A stretch of 64,000 nt of DNA, taken from the NCBI GenBank assembly GCA_964057225.1, contig OZ059896.1, forward strand, positions 23,002,001 to 23,066,000, in the 5' to 3' direction. The position numbers and the translations under genes were made by a program. The DNA comes from Auanema rhodensis. Its lineage: Eukaryota; Animalia; Nematoda. The notes beneath the pieces were generated by a model that did no database searches, was not told where the DNA came from, and saw only the letters and a list, made by a program, of their open reading frames with translations. Positions 1 through 12,700 of the stretch are shown one piece after another; position 1 is the first letter of the stretch, and every line of letters starts with the position of its first letter.

Positions 1-190
1 ATAAGATTAAGAAACAGAAAAATAAGAAAAAAGAATGTAAAGACAGTGGTATAAAGAAGTGAAAGACAATAAATAACAATGTAAAAGACAGAAAGGACAG
101 AGAGAATTGGAAAAGAGAGAGAGTAATAAAATAGAAGAGATAAAAGAAAAAGAACAAGAAAAAAAAAATGAAAGAATTAAGAAAGCGTAC
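1..190. other. Purine-rich, A-rich low-complexity flank
   Basis: About 150 of the first 180 bases are purines on the + strand (hand count). There is an A10 run at 159-168. No clear periodicity, and the tract is truncated by the window start. Confidence 0.8.
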
Positions 191-211
191 CTTTAAGAAC
201 CAGTCCGACGA

Positions 212-718
212 AATGAGGTCACGGCGCGGAATGAGGTCACGGCGCGGAATGAGGTCACGGCGCGGAATGAGGTCACGGCGCGGAATGAGGTCACGGCGCG
301 GAATGAGGTCACGGCGCGGAATGAGAATGAGGTCACGGCGATGAGAATGAGGTCACGGCGCGGAATGAGGTCACGGCGCGGAATGAGGTCACGGCGCGGA
401 ATGAGGTCACGGCGCGGAATGAGAATGAGGTCACGGCGATGAGAATGAGGTCACGGCAATGAGAATGAGGTCACGGCGATGAGAATGAGGTCACGGCGAT
501 GAGAATGAGGTCACGGCGATGAGAATGAGGTCACGGCGATGAGAATGAGGTCACGGCGATGAGAATGAGGTCACGGCGATGAGAATGAGGTCACGGCGAT
601 GAGAATGAGGTCACGGCGATGAGAATGAGGTCACGGCGATGAGAATGAGGTCACGGCGATGAGAATGAGGTCACGGCGATGAGAATGAGGTCACGGCGAT
701 GAGAATGAGGTCACGGCG
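212..718. repeat. Compound GC-rich minisatellite with 18-bp (AATGAGGTCACGGCGCGG) and 20-bp (AATGAGGTCACGGCGATGAG) units
   Basis: Order: six 18-mers (212-319), extra AATGAG (320-325), one 20-mer (326-345), four 18-mers (346-417), extra AATGAG (418-423), fourteen 20-mers (424-703), final bare core (704-718). This gives 26 copies of the 15-bp core, with one G>A at 458. Confidence 0.97.
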
Positions 719-3700
719 TGATGTGCACTTGGTATGTAACTCGCTTCACGTGAAAGATAAAGAGATGCGGTTTCCAAAATTAGATTCCCCATTTCCATAT
801 TAGTCTAAAAACAAATTTTTATTAATATTGGTTCATGGTAACCATGTCTTTGAAATTTACGTGAACTTTAATTTATGCTAATTAAATGTACACGTGATGT
901 GCACTTGGTATGTAACTCGCTTCACGTGAAAGATAAAGAAATGCGTTTTTCAAAATTAGATTCCCCATGTCCATTTTAGTCTAAAAACAAATTTTTATTG
1001 ATATTGGTTCATGGTAACCATGACTTTGAAATTTACGTGAACTTTAATTTATGCTAATTAAATGTACACGTGATGTGCACTTGGTATGTAACTCGCTTCA
1101 CGTGAAAGATAAAGAGATGCGGTTTTCAAAATTAGATTCTCCATGTCCATATTAGTCTAAAAACAAATTTTTATTAATATTGGTTCATGGTAACCATGTC
1201 TTTGAAATTTACGTGAACTTTAATTTATGCTAATTAAATGTACACGTGATGTGCACTTGGTATGTAACTCGCTTCACGTGAAAGATAAAGAGATGCGGTT
1301 TTCAAAATTAGATTCCCCATGTCCATATTAGTCTAAAAACAAATTTTTATTGATATTGGTTCATGGTAACCATGACTTTGAAATTTACGTGAACTTTAAT
1401 TTATGCTAATTAAATGTACACGTGATGTGCACTTGGTATGTAACTCGCTTCACGTGAAAGATAAAGAGATGCGGTTTTCAAAATTAGATTCCCCATGTCC
1501 ATATTAGTCTAAAAACAAATATTCATTAATATTGGTTCATGGTAACCATGTCTTTGAAATTTACGTGAACTTTAATTTATGCTAATTAAATGTACACGTG
1601 ATGTGCACTTGGTATGTAACTCGCTTCACGTGAAAGATAAAGAGATGCGGTTTTCAAAATTAGATTCCCCATGTCCATATTAGTATAAAAACAAATTTTT
1701 ATTAATATTGGTTCATGGTAACCATGTCTTTGAAATTTACGTGAACTTTAATTTATGCTAATTAAATGTACACGTGATGTGCACTTGGTATGTAACTCGC
1801 TCCACGTGAAAGATAAAGAGATGCGGTTTTCAAAATTAGATTCCCCATGTCCATATTAGTCTAAAAACAAATTTTTATTGATATTGCTTCATGGTAACCA
1901 TGACTTTGAAATTTACGTGAACTTTAATTTATGCTAATTAAATGTACACGTGATGTGCACTTGGTATGTAACTCGCTTCACGTGAAAGATAAAGAGATGT
2001 GGTTTTCAAAATTAGATTCCCCATGTCCATATTAGTCTAAAAACAAATTTTTATTGATATTGCTTCATGGTAACCATGACTTTGAAATTTACGTGAACTT
2101 TAATTTATGCTAATTAAATGTACACGTGATGTGCACTTGGTATGTAACTCGCTTCACGTGAAAGATAAAGAGATGCGGTTTTCAAAATTAGATTCTCCAT
2201 GTCCATATTAGTCTAAAAACAAATTTTTATTAATATTGGTTCATGGTAACCATGTCTTTGAAATTTACGTGAACTTTAATTTATGCTAATTAAATGTACA
2301 CGTGATGTGCACTTGGTATGTAACTCGCTTCACGTGAAAGATGAAGAGATGCGGTTTTCAAAATTAGATTCCCCATGTCCATATTAGTCTAAAAACAAAT
2401 TTTTATTGATATTGGTTCATGGTAACCATGACTTTGAAATTTACGTGAACTTTAATTTATGCTAATTAAATGTACACGTGATGTGCACTTGGTATGTAAC
2501 TCGCTTCACGTGAAAGATAAAGAGATGCGGTTTTCAAAATTAGATTCCCCATGTCCATATTAGTCTAAAAACAAATTTTTATTAATATTGGTTCATGGTA
2601 ACCATGTCTTTGAAATTTACGTGAACTTTAATTTATGCTAATTAAATGTACACGTGATGTGCACTTGGTATGTAACTCGCTTCACGTGAAAGATAAAGAG
2701 ATGCGGTTTTCAAAATTAGATTCCCCATGTCCATATTAGTATAAAAACAAATTTTTATTAATATTGGTTCATGGTAACCATGTCTTTGAAATTTACGTGA
2801 ACTTTAATTTATGCTAATTAAATGTACACGTGATGTGCACTTGGTATGTAACTCGCTTCACGTGAAAGATAAAGAGATGCGGTTTTCAAAATTAGATTCC
2901 CCATGTCCATATTAGTCTAAAAACAAATTTTTATTGATATTGGTTCATGGTAACCATGTCTTTGAAATTTACGTGAACTTTAATTTATGCTAATTAAATG
3001 TACACGTGATGTGCACTTGGTATGTAACTCGCTTCACGTGAAAGATAAAGAGATGCGGTTTTCAAAATTAGATTCCCCATGTCCATATTAGTCTAAAAAC
3101 AAATTTTTATTGATATTGGTTCATGGTAACCATGACTTTGAAATTTACGTGAACTTTAATTTATGCTAATTAAATGTACACGTGATGTGCACTTGGTATG
3201 TAACTCGCTTCACGTGAAAGATAAAGAGATGCGGTTTTCAAAATTAGATTCCCCATGTCCATATTAGTATAAAAACAAATTTTTATTAATATTGGTTCAT
3301 GGTAACCATGTCTTTGAAATTTACGTGAACTTTAATTTATGCTAATTAAATGTACACGTGATGTGCACTTGGTATGTAACTCGCTTCACGTGAAAGATAA
3401 AGAGATGCGGTTTTCAAAATTAGATTCTCCATGTCCATATTAGTCTAAAAACAAATTTTTATTAATATTGGTTCATGGTAACCATGTCTTTGAAATTTAC
3501 GTGAACTTTAATTTATGCTAATTAAATGTACACGTGATGTGCACTTGGTATGTAACTCGCTTCACGTGAAAGATAAAGAGATGCGGTTTTCAAAATTAGA
3601 TTCCCCATGTCCATATTAGTCTAAAAACAAATTTTTATTGATATTGGTTCATGGTAACCATGACTTTGAAATTTACGTGAACTTTAATTTATGCTAATTA

Positions 3701-6700
3701 AATGTACACGTGATGTGCACTTGGTATGTAACTCGCTTCACGTAAAAGATAAAGAGATGCGGTTTTCAAAATTAGATTCCCCATGTCCATATTAGTCTAA
3801 AAACAAATTTTTATTAATATTGGTTCATGGTAACCATGTCTTTGAAATTTACGTGAACTTTAATTTATGCTAATTAAATGTACACGGGATGTGCACTTGG
3901 TATGTAACTCGCTTCACGTGAAAGATAAAGAGATGCGGTTTTCAAAATTAGATTCCCCATGTCCATATTAGTCTAAAAACAAATTTTTATTAATATTGGT
4001 TCATGGTAACCATGTCTTTGAAATTTACGTGAACTTTAATTTATGCTAATTAAATGTACACGTGATGTGCACTTGGTATGTAACTCGCTTCACGTGAAAG
4101 ATAAAGAGATGCGGTTTTCAAAATTAGATTCCCCATGTCCATATTAGTCTAAAAACAAATTTTTATTGATATTGGTTCATGGTAACCATGATTTTGATAT
4201 TTACGTGAACTTTAATTTATGCTAATTAAATGTACACGTGATGTGAACTTGGTATGTAACTCGCTTCACGTGAAAGATAAAGAAATGCGGTTTTCAAAAT
4301 TAGATTCCCCATGTCCATATTAGTCTAAAAACAAATTTTTATTAATATTGGTTCATGGTAACCATGACTTTGAAATTTACGTGAACTTTAATTTATGCTA
4401 ATTAAATGTACACGTGATGTGCACTTGGTATGTAACTCGCTTCACGTGAAAGATAAAGAGATGCGGTTTCCAAAATTAGATTCCCCATTTCCATATTAGT
4501 CTAAAAACAAATTTTTATTAATATTGGTTCATGGTAACCATGTCTTTGAAATTTACGTGAACTTTAATTTATGCTAATTAAATGTACACGTGATGTGCAC
4601 TTGGTATGTAACTCGCTTCACGTGAAAGATAAAGAGATGCGGTTTTCAAAATTAGATTCCCCATGTCCATATTAGTCTAAAAACAAATTTTTATTGATAT
4701 TGGTTCATGGTAACCATGACTTTGAAATTTACGTGAACTTTAATTTATGCTAATTAAATGTACACGTGATGTGCACTTGGTATGTAACTCGCTTCACGTG
4801 AAAGATAAAGAGATGCGGTTTTCAAAATTAGATTCCCCATGTCCATATTAGTCTAAAAACAAATTTTTATTAATATTGGTTCATGGTAACCATGTCTTTG
4901 AAATTTACGTGAACTTTAATTTATGCTAATTAAATGTACACGTGATGTGCACTTGGTATGTAACTCGCTTCACGTGAAAGATAAAGAGATGCGGTTTTCA
5001 AAATTAGATTCCCCATGTCCATATTAGTATAAAAACAAATTTTTATTAATATTGGTTCATGGTAACCATGTCTTTGAAATTTACGTGAACTTTAATTTAT
5101 GCTAATTAAATGTACACGTGATGTGCACTTGGTATGTAACTCGCTTCACGTGAAAGATAAAGAGATGCGGTTTTCAAAATTAGATTCCCCATGTCCATAT
5201 TAGTCTAAAAACAAATTTTTATTAATATTGGTTCATGGTAACCATGTCTTTGAAATTTACGTGAACTTTAATTTATGCTAATTAAATGTACACGTGATGT
5301 GCACTTGGTATGTAACTCGCTTCACGTGAAAGATAAAGAGATGCGGTTTTCAAAATTAGATTCCCCATGTCCATATTAGTCTAAAAACAAATTTTTATTG
5401 ATATTGGTTCATGGTAACCATGACTTTGAAATTTACGTGAACTTTAATTTATGCTAATTAAATGTACACGTGATGTGCACTTGGTATGTAACTCGCTTCA
5501 CGTGAAAGATAAAGAGATGCGGTTTTCAAAATTAGATTCTCCATGTCCATATTAGTCTAAAAACAAATTTTTATTAATATTGGTTCATGGTAACCATGTC
5601 TTTGAAATTTACGTGAACTTTAATTTATGCTAATTAAATGTACACGTGATGTGCACTTGGTATGTAACTCGCTTCACGTGAAAGATAAAGAGATGCGGTT
5701 TTCAAAATTAGATTCCCCATGTCCATATTAGTCTAAAAACAAATTTTTATTGATATTGGTTCATGGTAACCATGACTTTGAAATTTACGTGAACTTTAAT
5801 TTATGCTAATTAAATGTACACGTGATGTGCACTTGGTATGTAACTCGCTTCACGTAAAAGATAAAGAGATGCGGTTTTCAAAATTAGATTCCCCATGTCC
5901 ATATTAGTCTAAAAACAAATTTTTATTAATATTGGTTCATGGTAACCATGTCTTTGAAATTTACGTGAACTTTAATTTATGCTAATTAAATGTACACGGG
6001 ATGTGCACTTGGTATGTAACTCGCTTCACGTGAAAGATAAAGAGATGCGGTTTTCAAAATTAGATTCCCCATGTCCATATTAGTCTAAAAACAAATTTTT
6101 ATTAATATTGGTTCATGGTAACCATGTCTTTGAAATTTACGTGAACTTTAATTTATGCTAATTAAATGTACACGTGATGTGCACTTGGTATGTAACTCGC
6201 TTCACGTGAAAGATAAAGAGATGCGGTTTTCAAATTAGATTCCCCATGTCCATATTAGTCTAAAAACAAATTTTTATTGATATTGGTTCATGGTAACCAT
6301 GACTTTGAAATTTACGTGAACTTTAATTTATGCTAATTAAATGTACACGTGATGTGCACTTGGTATGTAACTCGCTTCACGTAAAAGATAAAGAGATGCG
6401 GTTTTCAAAATTAGATTCCCCATGTCCATATTAGTCTAAAAACAAATTTTTATTAATATTGGTTCATGGTAACCATGTCTTTGAAATTTACGTGAACTTT
6501 AATTTATGCTAATTAAATGTACACGGGATGTGCACTTGGTATGTAACTCGCTTCACGTGAAAGATAAAGAGATGCGGTTTTCAAAATTAGATTCCCCATG
6601 TCCATATTAGTCTAAAAACAAATTTTTATTAATATTGGTTCATGGTAACCATGTCTTTGAAATTTACGTGAACTTTAATTTATGCTAATTAAATGTACAC

Positions 6701-9700
6701 GTGATGTGCACTTGGTATGTAACTCGCTTCACGTGAAAGATAAAGAGATGCGGTTTTCAAAATTAGATTCCCCATGTCCATATTAGTCTAAAAACAAATT
6801 TTTATTAATATTGGTTCATGGTAACCATGTCTTTGAAATTTACGTGAACTTTAATTTATGCTAATTAAATGTACACGTGATGTGCACTTGGTATGTAACT
6901 CGCTTCACGTAAAAGATAAAAAGATGCGGTTTTCAAAATTAGATTCCCCATGTCCATATTAGTCTAAAAACAAATTTTTATTGATATTGGTTCATGGTAA
7001 CCATGTCTTTGAAATTTACGTGAACTTTAATTTATGCTAATTAAATGTACACGTGATGTGCACTTGGTATGTAACTCGCTTCACGTGAAAGATAAAGAGA
7101 TGCGGTTTTCAAAATTAGATTCCCCATGTCCATATTAGTCTAAAAACAAATTTTTATTAATATTGGTTCATGGTAACCATGTCTTTGAAATTTACGTGAA
7201 CTTTAATTTATGCTAATTAAATGTACACGTGATGTGCACTTGGTATGTAACTCGCTTCACGTGAAAGATAAAGAGATGCGGTTTTCAAAATTAGATTCCC
7301 CATGTCCATATTAGTCTAAAAACAAATTTTTATTGATATTGGTTCATGGTAACCATGTCTTTGAAATTTACGTGAACTTTAATTTATGCTAATTAAATGT
7401 ACACGTGATGTGCACTTGGTATGTAACTCGCTTCACGTGAAAGATAAAGAGATGCGGTTTTCAAAATTAGATTCTCCATGTCCATATTAGTCTAAAAACA
7501 AATTTTTATTAATATTGGTTCATGGTAACCATGTCTTTGAAATTTACGTGAACTTTAATTTATGCTAATTAAATGTACACGTGATGTGCACTTGGTATGT
7601 AACTCGCTTCACGTGAAAGATAAAGAGATGCGGTTTTCAAAATTAGATTCCCCATGTCCATATTAGTCTAAAAACAAATTTTTATTGATATTGGTTCATG
7701 GTAACCATGACTTTGAAATTTACGTGAACTTTAATTTATGCTAATTAAATGTACACGTGATGTGCACTTGGTATGTAACTCGCTTCACGTGAAAGATAAA
7801 GAGATGCGGTTTTCAAAATTAGATTCCCCATGTTCATATTAGTCTAAAAACAAATTTTTAATAATATTGGTTCATGGTAACCATGTCTTTGAAATTTACG
7901 TGAACTTTAATTTATGCTAATTAAATGTACACGTGATGTGCACTTGGTATGTAACTCGCTTCACGTGAAAGATAAAGAGATGCGGTTTTCAAAATTAGAT
8001 TCCCCATGTTCATATTAGTCTAAAAACAAATTTTTATTAATATTGGTTCATGGTAACCATGTCTTTGAAATTTACGTGAACTTTAATTTATGCTAATTAA
8101 ATGTACACGTGATGTGCACTTGGTGTGTAACTCGCTTCACGTGAAAGATAAAGAAATGCGTTTTTCAAAATTAGATTCCCCATGTCCATTTTAGTCTAAA
8201 AACAAATTTTTATTGATATTGGTTCATGGTAACCATGACTTTGAAATTTACGTGAACTTTAATTTATGCTAATTAAATGTACACGTGATGTGCACTTGGT
8301 ATGTAACTCGCTTCACGTGAAAGATAAAGAGATGCGGTTTTCAAAATTAGATTCTCCATGTCCATATTAGTCTAAAAACAAATTTTTATTAATATTGGTT
8401 CATGGTAACCATGTCTTTGAAATTTACGTGAACTTTAATTTATGCTAATTAAATGTACACGTGATGTGCACTTGGTATGTAACTCGCTTCACGTAAAAGA
8501 TAAAGAGATGCGGTTTTCAAAATTAGATTCCCCATGTCCATATTAGTATAAAAACTAATTTTTATTAATATTGGTTCATGGTAACCATGTCTTTGAAATT
8601 TACGTGAACTTTAATTTATGCTAATTAAATGTACACGTGATGTGCACTTGGTATGTAACTCGCTTCACGTGAAAGATAAAGAGATGCGGTTTTCAAAATT
8701 AGATTCCCCATGTCCATATTAGTCTAAAAACAAATTTTTATTAATATTGGTTCATGGTAACCATGTCTTTGAAATTTACGTGAACTTTAATTTATGCTAA
8801 TTAAATGTACACGTGATGTGCACTTGGTATGTAACTCGCTTCACGTGAAAGATAAAGAGATGCGGTTTTCAAAATTAGATTCCCCATGTCCATATTAGTC
8901 TAAAAACAAATTTTTATTGATATTGGTTCATGGTAACCATGACTTTGAAATTTACGTGAACTTTAATTTATGCTAATTAAATGTACACGTGATGTGCACT
9001 TGGTATGTAACTCGCTTCACGTGAAAGATAAAGAGATGCGGTTTTCAAAATTAGATTCTCCATGTCCATATTAGTCTAAAAACAAATTTTTATTAATATT
9101 GGTTCATGGTAACCATGTCTTTGAAATTTACGTGAACTTTAATTTATGCTAATTAAATGTACACGTGATGTGCACTTGGTATGTAACTCGCTTCACGTGA
9201 AAGATAAAGAGATGCGGTTTTCAAAATTAGATTCCCCATGTCCATATTAGTCTAAAAACAAATTTTTATTGATATTGGTTCATGGTAACCATGACTTTGA
9301 AATTTACGTGAACTTTAATTTATGCTAATTAAATGTACACGTGATGTGCACTTGGTATGTAACTCGCTTCACGTAAAAGATAAAGAGATGCGGTTTTCAA
9401 AATTAGATTCCCCATGTCCATATTAGTCTAAAAACAAATTTTTATTAATATTGGTTCATGGTAACCATGTCTTTGAAATTTACGTGAACTTTAATTTATG
9501 CTAATTAAATGTACACGGGATGTGCACTTGGTATGTAACTCGCTTCACGTGAAAGATAAAGAGATGCGGTTTTCAAAATTAGATTCCCCATGTCCATATT
9601 AGTCTAAAAACAAATTTTTATTAATATTGGTTCATGGTAACCATGTCTTTGAAATTTACGTGAACTTTAATTTATGCTAATTAAATGTACACGTGATGTG

Positions 9701-12700
9701 CACTTGGTATGTAACTCGCTTCACGTGAGAGATAAAGAGATGCGGTTTTCAAAATTAGATTCCCCATGTCCATATTAGTCTAAAAACAAATTTTTATTGA
9801 TATTGGTTCATGGTAACCATGACTTTGAAATTTACGTGAACTTTAATTTATGCTAATTAAATGTACACGTGATGTGCACTTGGTATGTAACTCGCTTCAC
9901 GTAAAAGATAAAGAGATGCGGTTTTCAAAATTAGATTCCCCATGTCCATATTAGTCTAAAAACAAATTTTTATTAATATTGGTTCATGGTAACCATGTCT
10001 TTGAAATTTACGTGAACTTTAATTTATGCTAATTAAATGTACACGGGATGTGCACTTGGTATGTAACTCGTTTCACGTGAAAGATAAAGAGATGCGGTTT
10101 TCAAAATTAGATTCCCCATGTCCATATTAGTCTAAAAACAAATTTTTATTAATATTGGTTCATGGTAACCATGTCTTTGAAATTTACGTGAACTTTAATT
10201 TATGCTAATTAAATGTACACATGATGTGCACTTGGTATGTTACTCGCTTCACGTGAAAGATAAAGAGATGCGGTTTTCAAAATTAGATTCCCCATGTCCA
10301 TATTAGTCTAAAAACAAATTTTTATTAATATTGGTTCATGGTAACCATGTCTTTGAAATTTACGTGAACTTTAATTTATGCTAATTAAATGTACACGTGA
10401 TGTGCACTTGGTATGTAACTCGCTTCACGTGAAAGATAAAGAGATGCGGTTTTCAAAATTAGATTCCCCATGTCCATATTAGTCTAAAAACAAATTTTTA
10501 TTAATATTGGTTCATGGTAACCATGTCTTTGAAATTTACGTGAACTTTAATTTATGCTAATTAAATGTACACGTGATGTGCACTTGGTATGTAACTCGCT
10601 TCACGTGAAAGATAAAGAGATGCGGTTTTCAAAATTAGATTCTCCATGTCCATATTAGTCTAAAAACAAATTTTTATTAATATTGGTTCATGGTAACCAT
10701 GTCTTTGAAATTTACGTGAACTTTAATTTATGCTAATTAAATGTACACGTGATGTGCACTTGGTATGTAACTCGCTTCACGTGAAAGATAAAGAGATGCG
10801 GTTTTCAAAATTAGATTCCCCATGTCCATATTAGTCTAAAAACAAATCTTTATTGATATTGGTTCATGGTAACCATGACTTTGAAATTTACGTGAACTTT
10901 AATTTATGCTAATTAAATGTACACGTGATGTGCACTTGGTATGTAACTCGCTTCACGTGAAAGATAAAGAGATGCGGTTTTCAAAATTAGATTCCCCATG
11001 TTCATATTAGTCTAAAAACAAATTTTTATTAATAGTGGTTCATGGTAACCATGTCTTTGAAATTTACGTGAACTTTAATTTATGCTAATTAAATGTACAC
11101 GTGATGTGCACTTGGTATGTAACTCGCTTCACGTGAAAGATAAAGAGATGCGGTTTTCAAAATTAGATTCCCCATGTCCATATTAGTCTAAAAACAAATT
11201 TTTATTGATATTGGTTCATGGTAACCATGACTTTGAAATTTACGTGAACTTTAATTTATGCTAATTAAATGTACACGTGATGTGCACTTGGTATGTAACT
11301 CGCTTCACGTGAAAGATAAAGAGATGCGGTTTTCAAAATTAGATTATCCATGTCCATATTAGTCTAAAAACAAATTTTTATTAATATTGGTTCATGGTAA
11401 CCATGTCTTTGAAATTTACGTGAACTTTAATTAATGCTAATTAAATGTACACGTGATGTGCACTTGGTATGTAACTCGCTTCACGTGAAAGATAAAGAGA
11501 TGCGGTTTTCAAAATTAGATTCCCCATGTCCATATTAGTCTAAAAACAAATTTTTATTGATATTGGTTCATGGTAACCATGACTTTGAAATTTACGTGAA
11601 CTTTAATTTATGCTAATTAAATGTACACGTGATGTGCACTTGGTATGTAACTCGCTTCACGTAAAAGATAAAGAGATGCGGTTTTCAAAATTAGATTCCC
11701 CATGTCCATATTAGTCTAAAAACAAATTTTTATTAATATTGGTTCATGGTAACCATGTCTTTGAAATTTACGTGAACTTTAATTTATGCTAATTAAATGT
11801 ACACGGGATGTGCACTTGGTATGTAACTCGCTTCACGTGAAAGATAAAGAGATGCGGTTTTCAAAATTAGATTCCCCATGTCCATATTAGTCTAAAAACA
11901 AATTTTTATTAATATTGGTTCATGGTAACCATGTCTTTGAAATTTACGTGAACTTTAATTTATGCTAATTAAATGTACACGTGATGTGCACTTGGTATGT
12001 AACTCGCTTCACGTGAAAGATAAAGAGATGCGGTTTTCAAAATTAGATTCCCCATGTCCATATTAGTCTAAAAACAAATTTTTATTGATATTGGTTCATG
12101 GTAACCATGACTTTGAAATTTACGTGAACTTTAATTTATGCTAATTAAATGTACACGTGATGTGCACTTGGTATGTAACTCGCTTCACGTAAAAGATAAA
12201 GAGATGCGGTTTTCAAAATTAGATTCCCCATGTCCATATTAGTCTAAAAACAAATTTTTATTAATATTGGTTCATGGTAACCATGTCTTTGAAATTTACG
12301 TGAACTTTAATTTATGCTAATTAAATGTACACGGGATGTGCACTTGGTATGTAACTCGCTTCACGTGAAAGATAAAGAGATGCGGTTTTCAAAATTAGAT
12401 TCCCCATGTCCATATTAGTCTAAAAACAAATTTTTATTAATATTGGTTCATGGTAACCATGTCTTTGAAATTTACGTGAACTTTAATTTATGCTAATTAA
12501 ATGTACACGTGATGTGCACTTGGTATGTAACTCGCTTCACGTGAAAGATAAAGAGATGCGGTTTTCAAAATTAGATTCCCCATGTCCATATTAGTCTAAA
12601 AACAAATTTTTATTAATATTGGTTCATGGTAACCATGTCTTTGAAATTTACGTGAACTTTAATTTATGCTAATTAAATGTACACGTGATGTGCACTTGGT

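Noticed and set aside
159-168. Retroposon poly(A) tail
   Set aside because: It is only A10 inside a generally A-rich tract, with no identifiable target-site duplication or element body in the window.
185-194. Minus-strand splice donor AAG|GTACGC followed by a pyrimidine-rich tract
   Set aside because: The match to the GTRAGT consensus is weak and no exon is supportable. Such a motif is expected by chance.
212-718. CRISPR array
   Set aside because: The units are directly adjacent with only CGG or ATGAG between cores. There are no unique spacers and no cas genes.
214-718. Nuclear-receptor (AGGTCA) or CRE-like (TGAGGTCA) enhancer array
   Set aside because: The motif is multiplied simply by tandem repetition. 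The half-site gaps (12 and 14 bp) are not canonical DR0-DR5, and no target gene is visible.
212-718. Telomeric repeat
   Set aside because: It does not match TTAGGG-type motifs and is internal, flanked by other sequence on both sides.
891-1066. Assignment to Brassica CentBr (176 bp), honeybee AluI (176 bp), Arabidopsis CEN178, trypanosome 177-bp or primate alpha satellite
   Set aside because: The consensus lacks the HindIII (AAGCTT) and AluI (AGCT) sites characteristic of the first three; AGCT appears only in one variant near 45458. The length differs from 171, 177 and 178 bp. No CENP-B box (TTCG....A..CGGG) is present.
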